Assembly: GCA_042577285.1 (NCBI GenBank)
Contig: JBHPDM010000003.1
Coordinates: 825-64,824, forward strand
DNA from: Candidatus Omnitrophota bacterium
GTDB lineage: Bacteria > Omnitrophota > Gorgyraeia > Gygaellales > Profunditerraquicolaceae
DNA length: 64,000 nt
Reading direction: 5' to 3'
The notes under the pieces are model-generated. The model had not been told where the DNA came from. It was given only the letters and a program-made list of their open reading frames with translations, and searched no databases. This document shows positions 10,222 through 19,230 of this stretch, piece by piece (position 1 is the stretch's first letter; every line of letters begins with the position of its first letter). The position numbers and the translations under genes are program-made.

Positions 10222-11342
10222 AGCATGATAACGTAATAGGATACAGGCCGACGTGGGCAGAGGTGAACTTAAGCAATTTGAGGTTCAACATCGGCCAGGT
10301 CAGGCGTATCGCAGGGGCGAGGACTAAGATCATGGCCTGTGTAAAGGCAGACGCCTACGGGCACGGGCTGATTGCGGTATCCAGGGAGCTGGTTTCCTGC
10401 GGCGCAGACTACCTTGGCGTTGCCTCGATCGATGAAGGGATAATGCTGCGCAGGGCAGGCATCAGAAGACCGATCCTGGTCCTGGGGATAGTGCTTAAAA
10501 AAGATATTGCGCCGTTGTTCAAATATAAGTTAAGTACTACCGTCTGCACTGAAGAGCTCTGCAGTGCATTAAACAGAATGGGTAGAAAATCAGGTAAGAA
10601 GCTCTCTGTGCACATCAAGGTAGATACCGGGATGGGCAGGATCGGAGTTTTAGATAAAAAGGCAGCTCAGTTCGTCAAGAGCGTCTTTCGCCTGTCCCAC
10701 CTGAATATCGAAGGGATCTTCACTCACCTTGCCTCGGCAGATACTGACAGAAAATTTACTTTACGCCAGATAGCTAAATTCAGCAAGTTAGTGGGAGGAT
10801 TGAAGGATTCCGGGATAGATATCCCCCTGGTGCATGCTGCTAACAGCATGGGCCTGATCGGCTATAAAGATGCGCATTTTAATATGGTCAGGCCCGGTTT
10901 AGTGATCTACGGACTTTATCCTAAGAGCGGGTTAAGCCTGCCTCTTAAGCCGTTGCTCAGCCTGAAGGCCCGGATCGTATATATTAAGAGGGTCCCCAAG
11001 GGCTGGGGGATAAGTTACGGCTCGACCTACGTCACAAAAAGAAATACTGCCATCGCCATTATCCCGATCGGTTACGGCGACGGTTACCCGCGCAACCTCT
11101 CTAATAAAGCACCGCTTCTAGTCAATGGTAAACGTTTTCAGGTCAGCGGCAGGGTCTGCATGGATCAGATATTGATCGATCTGGGTACCTCGAAGGCAAG
11201 GGTAGGTGATCAGGTGGTGCTGATCGGTTCACAGGGAAAAGCAAAGATCACCGCTCGTGAGTTAGCAGGGCTTGCCGGAACTATCCCCTATGAGATCGTC
11301 TGCGGCCTGGGCAGCCGCATCCCCAGAGTATATTTAAGGTAG
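10218..11342 (+). CDS. alr: Alanine racemase
   Basis: PLP-lysine motif VKADAYGHG and a C-terminal GRVCMDQ pattern. The start is set at ATG 10218 (MKHDNV..). Confidence 0.92.
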   Translation: MKHDNVIGYRPTWAEVNLSNLRFNIGQVRRIAGARTKIMACVKADAYGHGLIAVSRELVSCGADYLGVASIDEGIMLRRAGIRRPILVLGIVLKKDIAPLFKYKLSTTVCTEELCSALNRMGRKSGKKLSVHIKVDTGMGRIGVLDKKAAQFVKSVFRLSHLNIEGIFTHLASADTDRKFTLRQIAKFSKLVGGLKDSGIDIPLVHAANSMGLIGYKDAHFNMVRPGLVIYGLYPKSGLSLPLKPLLSLKARIVYIKRVPKGWGISYGSTYVTKRNTAIAIIPIGYGDGYPRNLSNKAPLLVNGKRFQVSGRVCMDQILIDLGTSKARVGDQVVLIGSQGKAKITARELAGLAGTIPYEIVCGLGSRIPRVYLR

Positions 11343-12437
11343 AGAGTGGATCAGGTAGATGCTTGCGCTCAAGGCGAGGATGTGGCTTAGCGAGGCTGAG
11401 AGCGCCGGAAATAGTATCCCGGATTTTCCCAGCGCGATACCCACGGCGCTGAATACGTAGTACACAAATCCCACGAACATTGCGATTCCCACAGAAGAAA
11501 GTCCGGTTGCCCGCTTCTTCATCTTAAGGGCAAAGGGTATCCCTAAAAGTATGATGATCGCACTGGTAAAGGGCGAGGTAAATCTGTGATAGAGATCGAC
11601 TTTAAGGTTTCTGATCACAGTCAGGGCACCGCTTTTAGATAATTTCCAGATGTAGTCATCGAGTTCGTTAATGGTCATAAAGTCCGGGCGCTGCCGCTGG
11701 TTTATGAAATCGCGCGGGGTCTCCGGGATCGCCATGATCTCCTCCTCAAGATACCAGGGCTCTCCGATCACCTGGCCGTTACTGTCGAAATCATAGGTAA
11801 TACTCTGATAAAACCTCCAGAGCCCTTCTTTGTATACACCTTTGTTTGCTACGACCTTTTTGGTGATGTTCTGCTCTTGGTCATGCTCCAGGACGATTAC
11901 CCCCTCCATTCTTTCACTGTCGACGTAAAACTTATTTATATAAAACAGCCGGTTCTTAAGCCCGTATATGCAGAGGTTATCAACTACCCTTTCCTCTTTC
12001 TTCGCTTTTTTTCTTTTCTTTCCCGCCTCCATCTGTTCCTTGATCTCTTCCGTCAGCTGCAGAGAGCTAGGTACGAACTTGTCGTTTACCCAGAATGTGA
12101 GTACGCTGACTACGATCCCGAAGATGATTATCGTCTTTGTGATCTGGAAGATGCTTAAGCCCGAGGAGCGCATGGCGATGATCTCGTTGTTATGGTTCAT
12201 CCTGCCGAAGGTGTAGAGCGTGGCCAGCAGGCAGGCGACCGGAGCGACCTGCACAAAGATGATCGGAATGTAACCGAGGTAGTAACGCAGGAGCGTCTGC
12301 AGATCGACCTGCTGTTTCAATATCTCATCAAGATGGGAGAATATGTCGATGATGATATAAAGGAAGAGGAAGACCAAGAGACACCCGATAAAGAGGTTTA
12401 ACGCAGATCTGAATATATAGCGGTCTAATATGCGCAT
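11334..12437 (-). CDS. lptG: LPS export ABC permease, YjgP/YjgQ family (downstream member)
   Basis: MRILDRYI N-terminus and the family's 6-TM pattern with a large periplasmic loop. It is the second of a tandem pair. Confidence 0.8.
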   Translation of the reverse strand: MRILDRYIFRSALNLFIGCLLVFLFLYIIIDIFSHLDEILKQQVDLQTLLRYYLGYIPIIFVQVAPVACLLATLYTFGRMNHNNEIIAMRSSGLSIFQITKTIIIFGIVVSVLTFWVNDKFVPSSLQLTEEIKEQMEAGKKRKKAKKEERVVDNLCIYGLKNRLFYINKFYVDSERMEGVIVLEHDQEQNITKKVVANKGVYKEGLWRFYQSITYDFDSNGQVIGEPWYLEEEIMAIPETPRDFINQRQRPDFMTINELDDYIWKLSKSGALTVIRNLKVDLYHRFTSPFTSAIIILLGIPFALKMKKRATGLSSVGIAMFVGFVYYVFSAVGIALGKSGILFPALSASLSHILALSASIYLIHSLP

Positions 12438-13522
12438 ACTCTGTAGGTCAGTATTGCTCCGATCACTCCCAGGATCGCGTTAGGCAGCCACATCGCCAGC
12501 GCAGGATCTATTCTAGCCTGTAGCCCTAAGGCTTCAGCGCCCATAAGCATCAGGTAATATATGCCTACGATCAGAAAAGAGATCCCAAAGTTGATCGACT
12601 TCTCCCGGCGGCGGGTGATGATCGCCAGGGGCACGCCAAGCAGGATGAAGATAAAACAGGAGAAAGAGAGGGCGACCTTCTTGTGGATCGTGGTCAGGAT
12701 CGGCGCCGGGTCGATACCCTGACTTTTTAAATTTCTGATCTCGTTGCGCAGCTCAAGTACCGTCATATCTTTTGGTTTCTTCCTGAGTTGATCGCTATCC
12801 TCCATCTGCGAAAGGTTTAAAGTCATAAAATAAGTCTTAAAATTCAGCTTGTAAAAATGAGTCGGGTTCTCCGGGTCAGGTTCATCAGAGGTACCGTTCA
12901 TCAGCTTGAGTTTGACCATCTTTTTATCCGGCACGGAGATGAATTCACCGTGCTTGGCGACGATCGTACGCGTGGGTTTATCTTCGCCTTGCGGCTCATA
13001 AATACGGACATTAGTAAGTTTATTCTTATCGATCTGATAGATAAAAAGTATATACTTTTCAAAAGAGTTGATGAAGACGCCAGGCTCAAGCGCGGCAGTC
13101 GGGTTCTTTACCCCTACATCGATGATGGTCTTACGGGAGGCGAAGTGTGCGTAGGGAATCACCCGGTCATTAAAGATCACCAGGATCATGCTTAAGATCA
13201 GACCTACGATCAATAGCGGCAGGATCAGGCTGAAGAGATTTATGCCGCTTGCCCTGATCGCGATCACTTCATTATCATTAGAGAGCCTTCCCAGGGAGAG
13301 CAGCACCGCCGAGAGGCAGGCGATCGGCAGAGTGTAAGTCAGTAGATACGGCGTCATGAATAGGAAGAGCTTGGAGACGCTGAAGATATCCACGCCCTTA
13401 TTGATCACCATATCCGCGATCTTGACCATATTGCCCAGGAGCATTACAAAGGTAAGCACTCCTAATGCCAGGAACAGGGGACTGATGAATTCTTTAAGAA
13501 AATAGTTACGTAATATCCTCAT
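12425..13522 (-). CDS. lptF: LPS export ABC permease, YjgP/YjgQ family (upstream member)
   Basis: MRILRNYFLKEF N-terminus and the same architecture as its neighbour. Confidence 0.8.
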   Translation of the reverse strand: MRILRNYFLKEFISPLFLALGVLTFVMLLGNMVKIADMVINKGVDIFSVSKLFLFMTPYLLTYTLPIACLSAVLLSLGRLSNDNEVIAIRASGINLFSLILPLLIVGLILSMILVIFNDRVIPYAHFASRKTIIDVGVKNPTAALEPGVFINSFEKYILFIYQIDKNKLTNVRIYEPQGEDKPTRTIVAKHGEFISVPDKKMVKLKLMNGTSDEPDPENPTHFYKLNFKTYFMTLNLSQMEDSDQLRKKPKDMTVLELRNEIRNLKSQGIDPAPILTTIHKKVALSFSCFIFILLGVPLAIITRRREKSINFGISFLIVGIYYLMLMGAEALGLQARIDPALAMWLPNAILGVIGAILTYRVCAY

Positions 13523-13525
13523 CTT

Positions 13526-14254
13526 CTAATTCGCTAAAGTCAGGACAAAGACGATCCTCGCCCCGGCGCCTTTTAAGGCGTGGGCAGCCTCCGAAGAGGT
13601 CGCTGCCGTAGTCAATACATCATCTACCAGTAGGATGTTTTTGTTTTTTAAATCTTTACCTTCAACTGCTGAGAAACTTTCTTTTACATTTGCCAGGCGC
13701 TCTCTTTCCTCCAGATCCGTCTGGGTGCGGGTATTACGGTGGCGCTTCAGGCTTCGGGTGAGCAGCTGTTTATTGAACTCCCGCGCGATCTCTCCCCCTA
13801 AGACTTCAGCCTGATTAAATTCCCTCTCCCGCAGTCGCGAGGTAAAAAGCGGCACAGGCACTACCGCATCTATGAGATCCATGGGCAGGCTATATTCCTT
13901 TGCGAAATCGATCATCAACCTACCCAGGGTACTGCCCAGTTCGTCTTTGCCTCTGTATTTGAAAGCGTGGATCAGCTCTTTGACTACGCCTTCATAGGCG
14001 CAGGGGCTGAATGCCCTGTCAAAGCGCAGGTTTTTTCTTATGCATGCCGGGCAGATCCCCTTACTGACGAGGCGTTTCTCAAGGTGCCTGCCGCAACTGT
14101 TGCAGAAGGGGGGCAGATTCTTCTTAACTTTATTCCAGCATATAAGACAGACCAGGCCATCGATCGCCTCTTTTTGGTCGAGCCTCTGCCCGCAGGCAAC
14201 GCATCGGGGAGGAAACACCAGGTCTTTCAGGCCGCCAAGAATTGTGCGCAGCAT
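13526..14254 (-). CDS. comF: ComF family protein (phosphoribosyltransferase domain with an N-terminal Cys-rich zinc finger)
   Basis: CxxC..CxxC pairs at the N-terminus and a PRTase motif (ILLVDDVLTTAAT) at the C-terminus. Confidence 0.8.
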   Translation of the reverse strand: MLRTILGGLKDLVFPPRCVACGQRLDQKEAIDGLVCLICWNKVKKNLPPFCNSCGRHLEKRLVSKGICPACIRKNLRFDRAFSPCAYEGVVKELIHAFKYRGKDELGSTLGRLMIDFAKEYSLPMDLIDAVVPVPLFTSRLREREFNQAEVLGGEIAREFNKQLLTRSLKRHRNTRTQTDLEERERLANVKESFSAVEGKDLKNKNILLVDDVLTTAATSSEAAHALKGAGARIVFVLTLAN

Positions 14255-14312
14255 CCCAATATCATAACAACTAAATTATAGTTTGTCAATTGCTAGCCTC
14301 CCCTAGAAAGGA

Positions 14313-14341
14313 TTGACATGCGGCTCTAGCGATAGTAAAAT
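14313..14341 (+). promoter_or_regulatory. Sigma-70-type promoter for pyrE
   Basis: TTGACA, a 17-nt spacer, then TAAAAT. It ends 10 nt before the pyrE ATG region. Confidence 0.5.
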
Positions 14342-14350
14342 GAATTCACT

Positions 14351-14920
14351 ATGGAAAGGCAAGAGATTGCGCAATTGAAGGCCCCGTTGCTTAGGCTCCT
14401 TAAGCAGAAGGCTTTAAAATTGGGTAAATTCACTTTATCCTCCGGCAAGAGTAGCAGTTACTATCTTGACGGCAGGGTGATCACGCTTACCCCTGAAGGG
14501 GCATACTTGACGGGGAGCCTGATCTTAGAGCTTATAAGGGATAAGGATATTGACGCCATCGGCGGCCCGACCTTAGGCGCCGACCCGATCGTGGGAGCAA
14601 TAGCTGCGATCGCCTACAGCAAAAAGGTACCTTTAAGTACATTTATCGTGCGCAAACGCTTGAAGACGCACGGCACCCAGCGCCTGATCGAAGGGCCGCA
14701 ATTAAAGCAGGGCAGCAAGGCGCTCCTCGTCGATGATGTAGCCACTACCGGCAGCTCCCTGATCGAGGCCAAGGCCGCACTGGATGACTTGGGGGTAAAG
14801 GTAGAGGAGGCGGTAGTGATCGTAGACAGAGGCGAGGGCGCAAAGGAGAAACTTGCTGCATCCGGCCTCATTTTAAGGGCGATATTTAATATAGAGGAAC
14901 TGGGCATCAAGAAGCCTTAA
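14351..14920 (+). CDS. pyrE: Orotate phosphoribosyltransferase
   Basis: PRPP-binding motif ALLVDDVATTGSS and an N-terminal FTLSSGKSS.YYLD pattern. Confidence 0.9.
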   Translation: MERQEIAQLKAPLLRLLKQKALKLGKFTLSSGKSSSYYLDGRVITLTPEGAYLTGSLILELIRDKDIDAIGGPTLGADPIVGAIAAIAYSKKVPLSTFIVRKRLKTHGTQRLIEGPQLKQGSKALLVDDVATTGSSLIEAKAALDDLGVKVEEAVVIVDRGEGAKEKLAASGLILRAIFNIEELGIKKP

Positions 14921-16168
14921 GTGCAAAATAAAAGAATCGTTGTAGTAGGGGCGGGCCCTGCGGGGATGATGGCGGCAATTCGCTCAGGCGAGCTAACTCG
15001 GGGCGTGACCCTGATAGAAAAAAACTCCTCCGCCGGCAAGAAGCTCCTTTTAAGCGGCAAGGGCCGCTGTAATCTTACCAATGCCTGCGACCTGGATTCA
15101 TTCCTCGCCCACTTTAGCAAAAACGGAGAATTTTTAAGAGACGCTTTCAGAAAGCTCTTTAACCGCCAGCTGATCGGGTTTTTTGAAAAAGCAGGACTGA
15201 AGCTTAAGACCGAGAGGCAGTTGAGAGTATTCCCTGCCAGCGACAGGTCAGATAGCATTTTAAGGGTCCTGAAGGAGGCCCTGCGCAGGAGTAGGGTGGT
15301 CACTAGATACGGGAGCGCACTTAAAGAGCTGTTGATCCGAGAAAAGAGGATTATCGGCCTGCTCTTGGCATCAGGGGAGACGGTCGCAGCTGATCGGGTG
15401 ATCCTGGCTACCGGCGGAGTCTCCTATAGCTTTACAGGTTCGACAGGAGAGGGTATTAATATCGTCGCGCGGCTGGGGCATAAAATAACTGCGCTCAAGG
15501 CTGGTCTGGTCCCCCTAGAAACGAGGCAGAGGGTCCCGCGCCTTTTACAGGGACTGACGCTTAGGAATATCCGCCTGAAGTTCGGCTGCGGGAGAAATGA
15601 GATAATTACAGATATCGGTGAGCTCCTCTTTACCGGGTTTGGGATCTCAGGCCCCCTGGTCCTGACGGTAAGCGGCCGGATCGCGGACTGGTTAAAAGTG
15701 AAGGGCTCTTCAGTTTATTTAGAGATAGACTTGAAGCCCGGGCTCTCAAGAGAGCAGCTGGAGATGAGGATCTTAAGGGAATTTAGGGCAGAGCCAAGGA
15801 AGAACATCAAGAATATACTTAATAACCTGCTCCCAAAGAGATTATCTGCAGTTTTATTAGATCTTGCCGGCATAACTGCCCAGAAGAAAGCAGCTGCGGT
15901 CACGCAAGAAGAGCGCAGGCGCCTGCTTGATCTATTGAAGCGTTTCAGGTTAAATATATTAGGCACTAGGCCGATCGAAGAAGCGATGGTCACCCGGGGA
16001 GGCGTCTCTTTAAAGGATATCAATCCCCGCTCAATGGAATCGCGCCTTGTAAAGGGCCTCTATTTTGCCGGGGAGATGATCGATCTGGATGCCGATACCG
16101 GGGGTTTTAACCTGCAGGCGGCATTCTCTACCGGATATCTTGCCGGCGAGAGCGCGGCATTAAATTGA
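14921..16168 (+). CDS. HI0933/YhiN-like FAD-dependent oxidoreductase
   Basis: GTG start, dinucleotide-binding motif VVGAGPAGMMAA, GKGRCNLTN, and a C-terminal GEMIDLDADTGGFNLQ pattern typical of this family. Confidence 0.8.
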   Translation: MQNKRIVVVGAGPAGMMAAIRSGELTRGVTLIEKNSSAGKKLLLSGKGRCNLTNACDLDSFLAHFSKNGEFLRDAFRKLFNRQLIGFFEKAGLKLKTERQLRVFPASDRSDSILRVLKEALRRSRVVTRYGSALKELLIREKRIIGLLLASGETVAADRVILATGGVSYSFTGSTGEGINIVARLGHKITALKAGLVPLETRQRVPRLLQGLTLRNIRLKFGCGRNEIITDIGELLFTGFGISGPLVLTVSGRIADWLKVKGSSVYLEIDLKPGLSREQLEMRILREFRAEPRKNIKNILNNLLPKRLSAVLLDLAGITAQKKAAAVTQEERRRLLDLLKRFRLNILGTRPIEEAMVTRGGVSLKDINPRSMESRLVKGLYFAGEMIDLDADTGGFNLQAAFSTGYLAGESAALN

Positions 16169-17526
16169 TGAAGAAGATTTACTTAGCTTCGGATTCCAGG
16201 CGCAGAAGGTATCTGCTTAAGAAGTTGGGCTTGAAATTTAAAGTTATCCCCAGTAGAGTCAAAGAACGAAGAAAAAAAGGCAACCTGACTTACCTGGCAT
16301 TAGTCAAGGGTAATGCCCTTAAGAAGGCTCAAGATGTGGCTAAGCGCGTTAAGGGCGGATTGATCATCGGCGCCGATACGATCGTCGTTCAGGAGGGGAG
16401 CATCTTTGGCAAGCCCAAAGATTTAAAAGCTGCCCGCAGGATGCTTAAAAAATTAAGTCGCCGTCCTCAGTGGATCTATACTGGCCTGGCCGTAATCGAT
16501 AAGGATAAAGGAAAGACTATCTCGGATTATGAAAAGAGTAAGGTTTATATGGATGATTTAAGTGATCAAGCCGTACGGGCTTACTTTTCACGCGTATCCC
16601 CCTTAGATAAAGCAGGGGGTTTTGACGTTCAGGGGCCTGGCGCCCGCTTTATCCGGCGCATTGAGGGGTCTTTCTATAACGTAGTCGGGCTCCCTTTAAA
16701 GAAATTATCCTTAATCTTGAAAAAGTTAGATATCAAGCCGAAACCATTTTTTCTTTTAATCTTGGGTTTGTGTTTTTCTCTTTCGGCTTGTTCCACCGAA
16801 TACAATATCGTTACCGGCAAGGAAGAGCTTTATTACTACAGTACTGACAGGGAGGTGCAGATCGGCCGCTCGATCGCCAAACAAATTCAGGAGGATAAGG
16901 AGACGGAGCCGGCTGAAGATCCGCTGATCCAGGAGCGGGTTGAAGATATCGGTAAAAGGATCGCTACGGTTTGCGACAGGAAGGATATAGATTATCATTT
17001 CATGGTGCTGGAGGAGGATGAGGTCAATGCCTTTGCCCTCCCCGGAGGTTTTGTCTACATTTACAGAGGGCTGATCGATAAGATAGAGAACGATGATCAG
17101 CTTGCCTGTGTGATCGCCCATGAAATCGGGCATATCGTTGCCCGCCACAGCATCAAGAAGCTGCAGGCGATCACCGGGTATTCAATACTCAGGATCCTAA
17201 CAGTTGCCGCGCCGCAGGGCGCCCAGGTCGGTAATGCCGCTGATCTGGCATTTGCTTCGATCATCACCGGTTACGCCCGGGAGGATGAGCTGCTCGCCGA
17301 CCGCCTAGGCACGCGCTACGCCAAGATGGCAGGCTATGACCCAAGGGCGATGATTGATTTTCTGGAGAAGCTGCAGGAGATAAACAGGAGAAAACCGCTT
17401 AGGCCCAAGTCATATTTTAAGACGCATCCTTATGTCCCGGACAGGATCCGCGTAGTCAAGCAGGAGCTTGGCGAAAGAATCGATTTTTCCGACTATATAA
17501 ATATTGAGCAGCTTGAGGGGGAGTGA
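16165..17526 (+). CDS. maf: Single ORF encoding a Maf nucleotide pyrophosphatase (about aa 1-184), then a lipoprotein-type signal, then an M48 zinc metalloprotease
   Basis: Maf pattern (IYLASDSRRRRYLL, GADTIV, GAYGIQ-like GGFDVQG, VVGLPL). Then KKLDIKPKPFFLLILGLCFSLSAC (lipobox LSAC), then an M48 HExxH motif (AHEIGHIVARH). There is no stop codon between the two parts. Confidence 0.85.
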   Translation: MMKKIYLASDSRRRRYLLKKLGLKFKVIPSRVKERRKKGNLTYLALVKGNALKKAQDVAKRVKGGLIIGADTIVVQEGSIFGKPKDLKAARRMLKKLSRRPQWIYTGLAVIDKDKGKTISDYEKSKVYMDDLSDQAVRAYFSRVSPLDKAGGFDVQGPGARFIRRIEGSFYNVVGLPLKKLSLILKKLDIKPKPFFLLILGLCFSLSACSTEYNIVTGKEELYYYSTDREVQIGRSIAKQIQEDKETEPAEDPLIQERVEDIGKRIATVCDRKDIDYHFMVLEEDEVNAFALPGGFVYIYRGLIDKIENDDQLACVIAHEIGHIVARHSIKKLQAITGYSILRILTVAAPQGAQVGNAADLAFASIITGYAREDELLADRLGTRYAKMAGYDPRAMIDFLEKLQEINRRKPLRPKSYFKTHPYVPDRIRVVKQELGERIDFSDYINIEQLEGE

Positions 17527-17527
17527 T

Positions 17528-18490
17528 ATGATCGTACTTACCGGAGGAGCGGGATTTATCGGCAGCTGTTTTTTGTGGAAGCTGAATCTCGAGGGGATCG
17601 ATGATGTGGTCGTGGTCGATGATCTGAATAATAAAGATAAAAAGCTTAACCTTGCGGGGAAGCGCTACCGGGAGTACCTGCATAAGGATGAATTCCTGCG
17701 CCGGGTCAAAGCCAATGATTTCCCTATCCCTGAGCATATAATCCATATGGGCGCCTGTAGCTCCACCGTGCTTACCGACGAGAACTATTATATAAAAAAT
17801 AATTATGAATATTCCAGGGCTTTGGCTGTTTGGGCTTCTGCCTGCGGCGCACACTTCCTCTATGCCTCTTCGGGAGCTACATACGGAAACGGAGAATTTG
17901 GCTTTGATGACAACGATGAATCCACGCGTAAATTGCAGCCGTTGAATTATTACGGGAAGTATAAACACCTCTTTGATCTATGGGTGCTTGACCAATTCCT
18001 TAAGGATAAAGTGACCGGATTAAAGTTTTTTAATGTCTTTGGCCCGAATGAATATCATAAGAAAGAGATGCGCAGCGTTGTCTGTAAGAAGTTCCCCGAG
18101 GTCAGGGATGAAGGGCGCATCAGGCTTTTTAAGTCGTATGACCCAGGCTATAAGGACGGCGAGCAGAAGAGGGATTTTATTTATGTCAAGGATGCGGTAG
18201 AAGTGATGTATTATTTCTTCGAGCATCCCGATAAGAGCGGCATATTTAATTTGGGTACGGGAAAAGCGCATAGCTGGAATGAATTGGCTGAAGCGATGTT
18301 TTCTGCTTTAGGCAAGGAGCCAAGAATCGAATATATCGAGATGCCTGATTATCTGCAGGGGAGATATCAGTATTTTACCGAGGCCAAGATCGAAAAGCTA
18401 AAGGATGCCGGCTGCAGGTATAAGTTCCGCTCTTTAAAAGATTCCGTCAAGGACTACACTCAGTACCTTTTAAAAGACGCCCACCTGTAA
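17528..18490 (+). CDS. hldD: ADP-L-glycero-D-manno-heptose 6-epimerase
   Basis: MIVLTGGAGFIGS Rossmann motif, a YGxxK catalytic context (YYGKYKHLFD) and a typical HldD C-terminus. Confidence 0.88.
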   Translation: MIVLTGGAGFIGSCFLWKLNLEGIDDVVVVDDLNNKDKKLNLAGKRYREYLHKDEFLRRVKANDFPIPEHIIHMGACSSTVLTDENYYIKNNYEYSRALAVWASACGAHFLYASSGATYGNGEFGFDDNDESTRKLQPLNYYGKYKHLFDLWVLDQFLKDKVTGLKFFNVFGPNEYHKKEMRSVVCKKFPEVRDEGRIRLFKSYDPGYKDGEQKRDFIYVKDAVEVMYYFFEHPDKSGIFNLGTGKAHSWNELAEAMFSALGKEPRIEYIEMPDYLQGRYQYFTEAKIEKLKDAGCRYKFRSLKDSVKDYTQYLLKDAHL

Positions 18491-18544
18491 TTCCTGATCG
18501 ATGCAGACTCTCTAAAATATATAGGGCTTGACAAAAAATAAGAT

Positions 18545-18563
18545 TTATGTTAGCCTTACCTAA
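18545..18563. promoter_or_regulatory. DtxR/IdeR-type iron box (operator)
   Basis: TTATGTTAGCCTTACCTAA matches the 19-bp consensus TTAGGTTAGCCTAACCTAA at 17/19 positions. It lies 12 nt downstream of a TTGACA (18528..18533), where a -10 element would sit. Confidence 0.7.
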
Positions 18564-18598
18564 CAAATAAAGGAAAAACTAAGTCATGGGTATTGCGG

Positions 18599-19000
18599 AT
18601 GAAAGCTAAGCCAGGCAGCGCCAGAAGATTAAGTTCAAGCATGGAGGATTACCTGGAGGCGGTCGCCCTCTTAAAGAAGGATAAGGGTGTAGCCAGGGTC
18701 AGGGATATCAGCCGCCTGCTTCAGGTAAAGACGCCCAGCGTCAGCGGAGCCTTATCTTTGCTTTCAAAGAAGGGCCTCCTGGTGCATGAGCGTTATGGTT
18801 ATGTAAACCTTACGCCGAGAGGAGAAAGGCTGGCTGATGACATCCAGAGGCGCCACGGGATGCTGATCAGATTCCTGACCGAGGTCTTAGGGATAGACCG
18901 GGCTACAGCGAATAAGGATGCCTGCAGGATGGAGCACTCTATCAGCCCCCAGACATTCCGTAAATTTACAAAGTTTATGGAGTCTACGGATGATGAATGA
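18599..19000 (+). CDS. DtxR/MntR family metal-dependent transcriptional repressor
   Basis: SMEDYLEAV.., an HTH (ARVRDISRLLQVKTPSVSGAL) and a metal-site region (RRHGMLIRFL..D...A..DACRMEH). The start codon is uncertain (18593, 18599 or 18641). Confidence 0.85.
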   Translation: MKAKPGSARRLSSSMEDYLEAVALLKKDKGVARVRDISRLLQVKTPSVSGALSLLSKKGLLVHERYGYVNLTPRGERLADDIQRRHGMLIRFLTEVLGIDRATANKDACRMEHSISPQTFRKFTKFMESTDDE

Positions 19001-19229
19001 GCCGGATTTTCCGTTAAATCAGAGTAGCGAGGGCAGGGAAGTAGTTTTAGCCGCGATCGAAGGCGGCCAGAAGTTGAAGATGAGGCTTAAGGATATGGGT
19101 CTAAAGGTGGGTATGACAATAAAGGTCTTGCAGGCCCACCGGACCGGGCCCTGCATTATCTTGGCAGGCCAGACCAGGTTGATCATCGGTCGGGGTATGG
19201 CGCATAAACTCCTGGTAAGGGAACTTTAG
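18990..19229 (+). CDS. feoA: Ferrous iron transport protein A
   Basis: Small SH3-like FeoA pattern (LKDMGLKVGMTIKV..). Its ATG overlaps the dtxR stop region. Confidence 0.85.
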   Translation: MMNEPDFPLNQSSEGREVVLAAIEGGQKLKMRLKDMGLKVGMTIKVLQAHRTGPCIILAGQTRLIIGRGMAHKLLVREL

Positions 19230-19230
19230 T

